DNA of 64,000 nt from Acidimicrobiales bacterium (GTDB lineage Bacteria > Actinomycetota > Acidimicrobiia > Acidimicrobiales > Bog-793): NCBI GenBank assembly GCA_050010115.1, contig JBEKLQ010000001.1:5091-69090 (forward strand). Direction: 5' to 3'. Shown here one piece after another: positions 62,337 through 64,000 of the stretch (within the stretch, counting starts at the first letter, position 1; each line of letters opens with the position of its first letter). The notes below the pieces were generated by a model. That model did no database searches, was not told the origin of the DNA, and saw only the letters and a list, made by a program, of their open reading frames with translations. Position numbers and translations under genes: made by a program.

Positions 62337-62388
62337 GTGCCGCTGTCACCGTTGGTTTGCACAGTGCAAAGTTGCCGTGACAGCGACG
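62337..62388. repeat. Single copy of the palindromic core of the 73-bp repeat family
   Basis: 'GCTGTCACCGTTGGTTTGCACAGTGCAAAGTTGCCGTGACAGCG' shares TGTCAC, TTTGCACAGTGCA and GTGACAGCG with the units at 7491-7741. Confidence 0.75.
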
Positions 62389-62509
62389 TGCCCGACCACG
62401 GCTGCCGGCGGCGACGATGCCGGCGCCGCTGCCGGCGACGGCCCGCCGGCTTGGCGGCCGTACCACCCGGCATTTGGGTAATCGGCCAGTCGGAGTGCCC
62501 CAGGGCCGG

Positions 62510-62518
62510 TGATATAGT
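62510..62518 (+). promoter_or_regulatory. Candidate extended -10 promoter (TGaTATAGT) of the rpsL-rpsG-fusA operon
   Basis: TGATATAGT lies at 62510-62518 in a locally AT-rich patch, 73 nt upstream of the rpsL GTG. There is no convincing -35 element. Confidence 0.35.
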
Positions 62519-62590
62519 CATATTGCCCTGGCGGGGCAGGTGTTTCGCGCCCCCGCACCCAACCGGCGATCAGACTTCAAGAGGATTCGC

Positions 62591-62962
62591 GTGCCCACAA
62601 TCGCCCAGCTCGTCCGCAGCGGCCGAGAGACTCCGAGGACGAAGACCAAGACACCCGCGCTCAAAGGCGCCCCGCAACGCCGGGGCGTGTGCACGCGTGT
62701 CTACACGACGACTCCGAAGAAGCCGAACTCGGCGCTTCGCAAGGTCGCCCGTGTCCGCCTCACGAGTGGGGTCGAGGTCACGGCGTTCATCCCTGGGGTC
62801 GGGCACAACCTCCAGGAGCACTCGATCGTGCTCGTGCGCGGCGGCCGCGTGAAGGACCTCCCGGGCGTGCGCTACAAGATCGTTCGCGGGACGCTCGATA
62901 CCTCCGGCGTACGTGACCGTGCTCAGGCCCGCAGCCGTTACGGAACGAAGAAGGAGTCCTGA
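62591..62962 (+). CDS. rpsL: 30S ribosomal protein S12
   Basis: '[13 protein letters not shown]...[54 protein letters not shown]'. GTG 62591 is preceded by AAGAGGA. Confidence 0.96.
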   Translation: MPTIAQLVRSGRETPRTKTKTPALKGAPQRRGVCTRVYTTTPKKPNSALRKVARVRLTSGVEVTAFIPGVGHNLQEHSIVLVRGGRVKDLPGVRYKIVRGTLDTSGVRDRAQARSRYGTKKES

Positions 62963-62963
62963 G

Positions 62964-63434
62964 TTGCCCCGCAACGGCCCCCCACCGCGTCGTGAGCTTG
63001 TACCGGACCCTGTCTACCGGTCCGTGCTCGTCACCCAGCTCGTCAACAAGATCCTGTCCCGCGGCAAGCGCTCACTTGCCGAGCGAATCGTCTACGAGGC
63101 GCTCGAGGTGGTCAAGGAGAAGACGGCTGCCGACCCGATCCAGGCACTGAAGCGGGCGCTCGACAACACCCGGCCGGACCTCGAGGTGAAGAGCCGGCGA
63201 GTGGGCGGTGCGACGTACCAGGTCCCAGTCGAGGTGAGGCCTCGGCGGGCAACCACGCTCTCGATCCGCTGGCTCGTGACCTACGCTGCCCAGAGGCGTG
63301 AGCGCACGATGGCGCTCAAGCTCGCCAACGAGATCCTCGATGCATCCAATGGCATCGGTGCAGCCGTGAAACGCAAAGAGGACATGCACAAGATGGCCGA
63401 GTCGAACAAGGCGTTCGCGCACTACCGCTGGTAG
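62964..63434 (+). CDS. rpsG: 30S ribosomal protein S7
   Basis: The TTG start follows a GAAGGAG RBS. '[30 protein letters not shown]' and '[18 protein letters not shown]'. Confidence 0.95.
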   Translation: MPRNGPPPRRELVPDPVYRSVLVTQLVNKILSRGKRSLAERIVYEALEVVKEKTAADPIQALKRALDNTRPDLEVKSRRVGGATYQVPVEVRPRRATTLSIRWLVTYAAQRRERTMALKLANEILDASNGIGAAVKRKEDMHKMAESNKAFAHYRW

Positions 63435-63569
63435 GACCGGTCCTGGCGGCCGGCTGACCCGGCGGCTACCACGACGTCTCGGGGCCTGACGGGACCCGAG
63501 CCTCACGACCTATCGCGGCCGCACCACGACCAACAGCTGCCGACACAGGCAAGAGAAGACACGATCGAC

Positions 63570-64000
63570 ATGGCAACAACTTCAATCCGCGAATTCCCGC
63601 TCGCCAGGACCCGGAACATCGGGATCATGGCTCACATCGACGCGGGCAAGACCACGACGACCGAGCGGATCTTGTACTACACGGGTCGCAACTACAAGAT
63701 GGGCGAGGTTCACGAGGGCGGCGCCACGATGGACTGGATGATCCAGGAGCAGGAGCGCGGCATCACGATCACCTCGGCTGCGACGACGTGCCGTTGGAAG
63801 AACACCTGGATCAACATCATCGACACCCCGGGCCATGTCGACTTCACCGTCGAGGTCGAGCGGTCGCTGCGGGTGCTCGACGGGGCCGTCGCGGTCTTCG
63901 ACGCCGTGGCCGGCGTTGAGCCGCAGACCGAAACCGTGTGGCGGCAGGCGAACAAGTACCACGTGCCGCGCATCTGCTTCATCAACAAGATGGACCGCGT
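63570..64000 (+). CDS. fusA: Elongation factor G, N-terminal fragment (continues beyond the window)
   Basis: My translation from ATG 63570 is '[39 protein letters not shown]...[24 protein letters not shown]...INKMDR', covering the G1-G4 GTPase motifs. It is absent from the ORF track because no stop codon falls within the window. Confidence 0.95.
   Translation, partial: MATTSIREFPLARTRNIGIMAHIDAGKTTTTERILYYTGRNYKMGEVHEGGATMDWMIQEQERGITITSAATTCRWKNTWINIIDTPGHVDFTVEVERSLRVLDGAVAVFDAVAGVEPQTETVWRQANKYHVPRICFINKMDR

Overview
Very GC-rich chromosomal segment (roughly 70% by eye, not computed) with actinobacterial-type synteny, made up almost entirely of core genes. In order: the 3' end of an acyl-CoA ligase gene; rex-hemA-hemC-(cobA/hemD)-hemB-hemL; a minus-strand operon of secreted protein, OmpR-type regulator and histidine kinase; a translationally coupled SNF2 helicase/SWIM zinc-finger pair; a geranylgeranyl-reductase-family flavoprotein; a secreted 14-repeat Cys-pair protein; a complete nuoA-N operon (14 genes); a large MprF-C-terminal-like membrane protein; acs; yajQ; tRNA-Tyr; a cupin; two divergent GT-C-like membrane proteins plus a coupled crotonase; a GNAT; then tRNA-Thr, tRNA-Met, rpmG, ECF sigma/ZAS anti-sigma, tRNA-Trp, secE, nusG, rplK, rplA, rplJ, rplL, rpoB, rpoC, a DUF1707 protein, rpsL, rpsG and the 5' part of fusA. 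I saw no transposase, integrase, phage genes, CRISPR array, cas genes or recognisable defence island, and I cannot point to a clear novel multi-gene system. The unusual items are: (1) a 73-bp double-hairpin unit in 3.4 tandem copies after hemL, with a related single copy upstream of rpsL; (2) many near-perfect in-frame mini-satellites inside housekeeping genes (hemC, nuoG twice, prenyl reductase, ECF sigma, rplJ); (3) a ribosomal protein L10 about twice normal length, with an acidic Ala/Pro tail; (4) a secreted 14-blade-like Cys-pair repeat protein directly upstream of nuoA; (5) an MprF-C-terminal (DUF2156) protein fused to a degenerate phosphoesterase-like domain; (6) a sigma/anti-sigma pair inside the conserved rpmG to tRNA-Trp-secE block. 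Most other long ORFs in the six-frame track are antisense or out-of-frame artefacts of the high GC content. All functional calls come from motif recognition by eye, with no database search.
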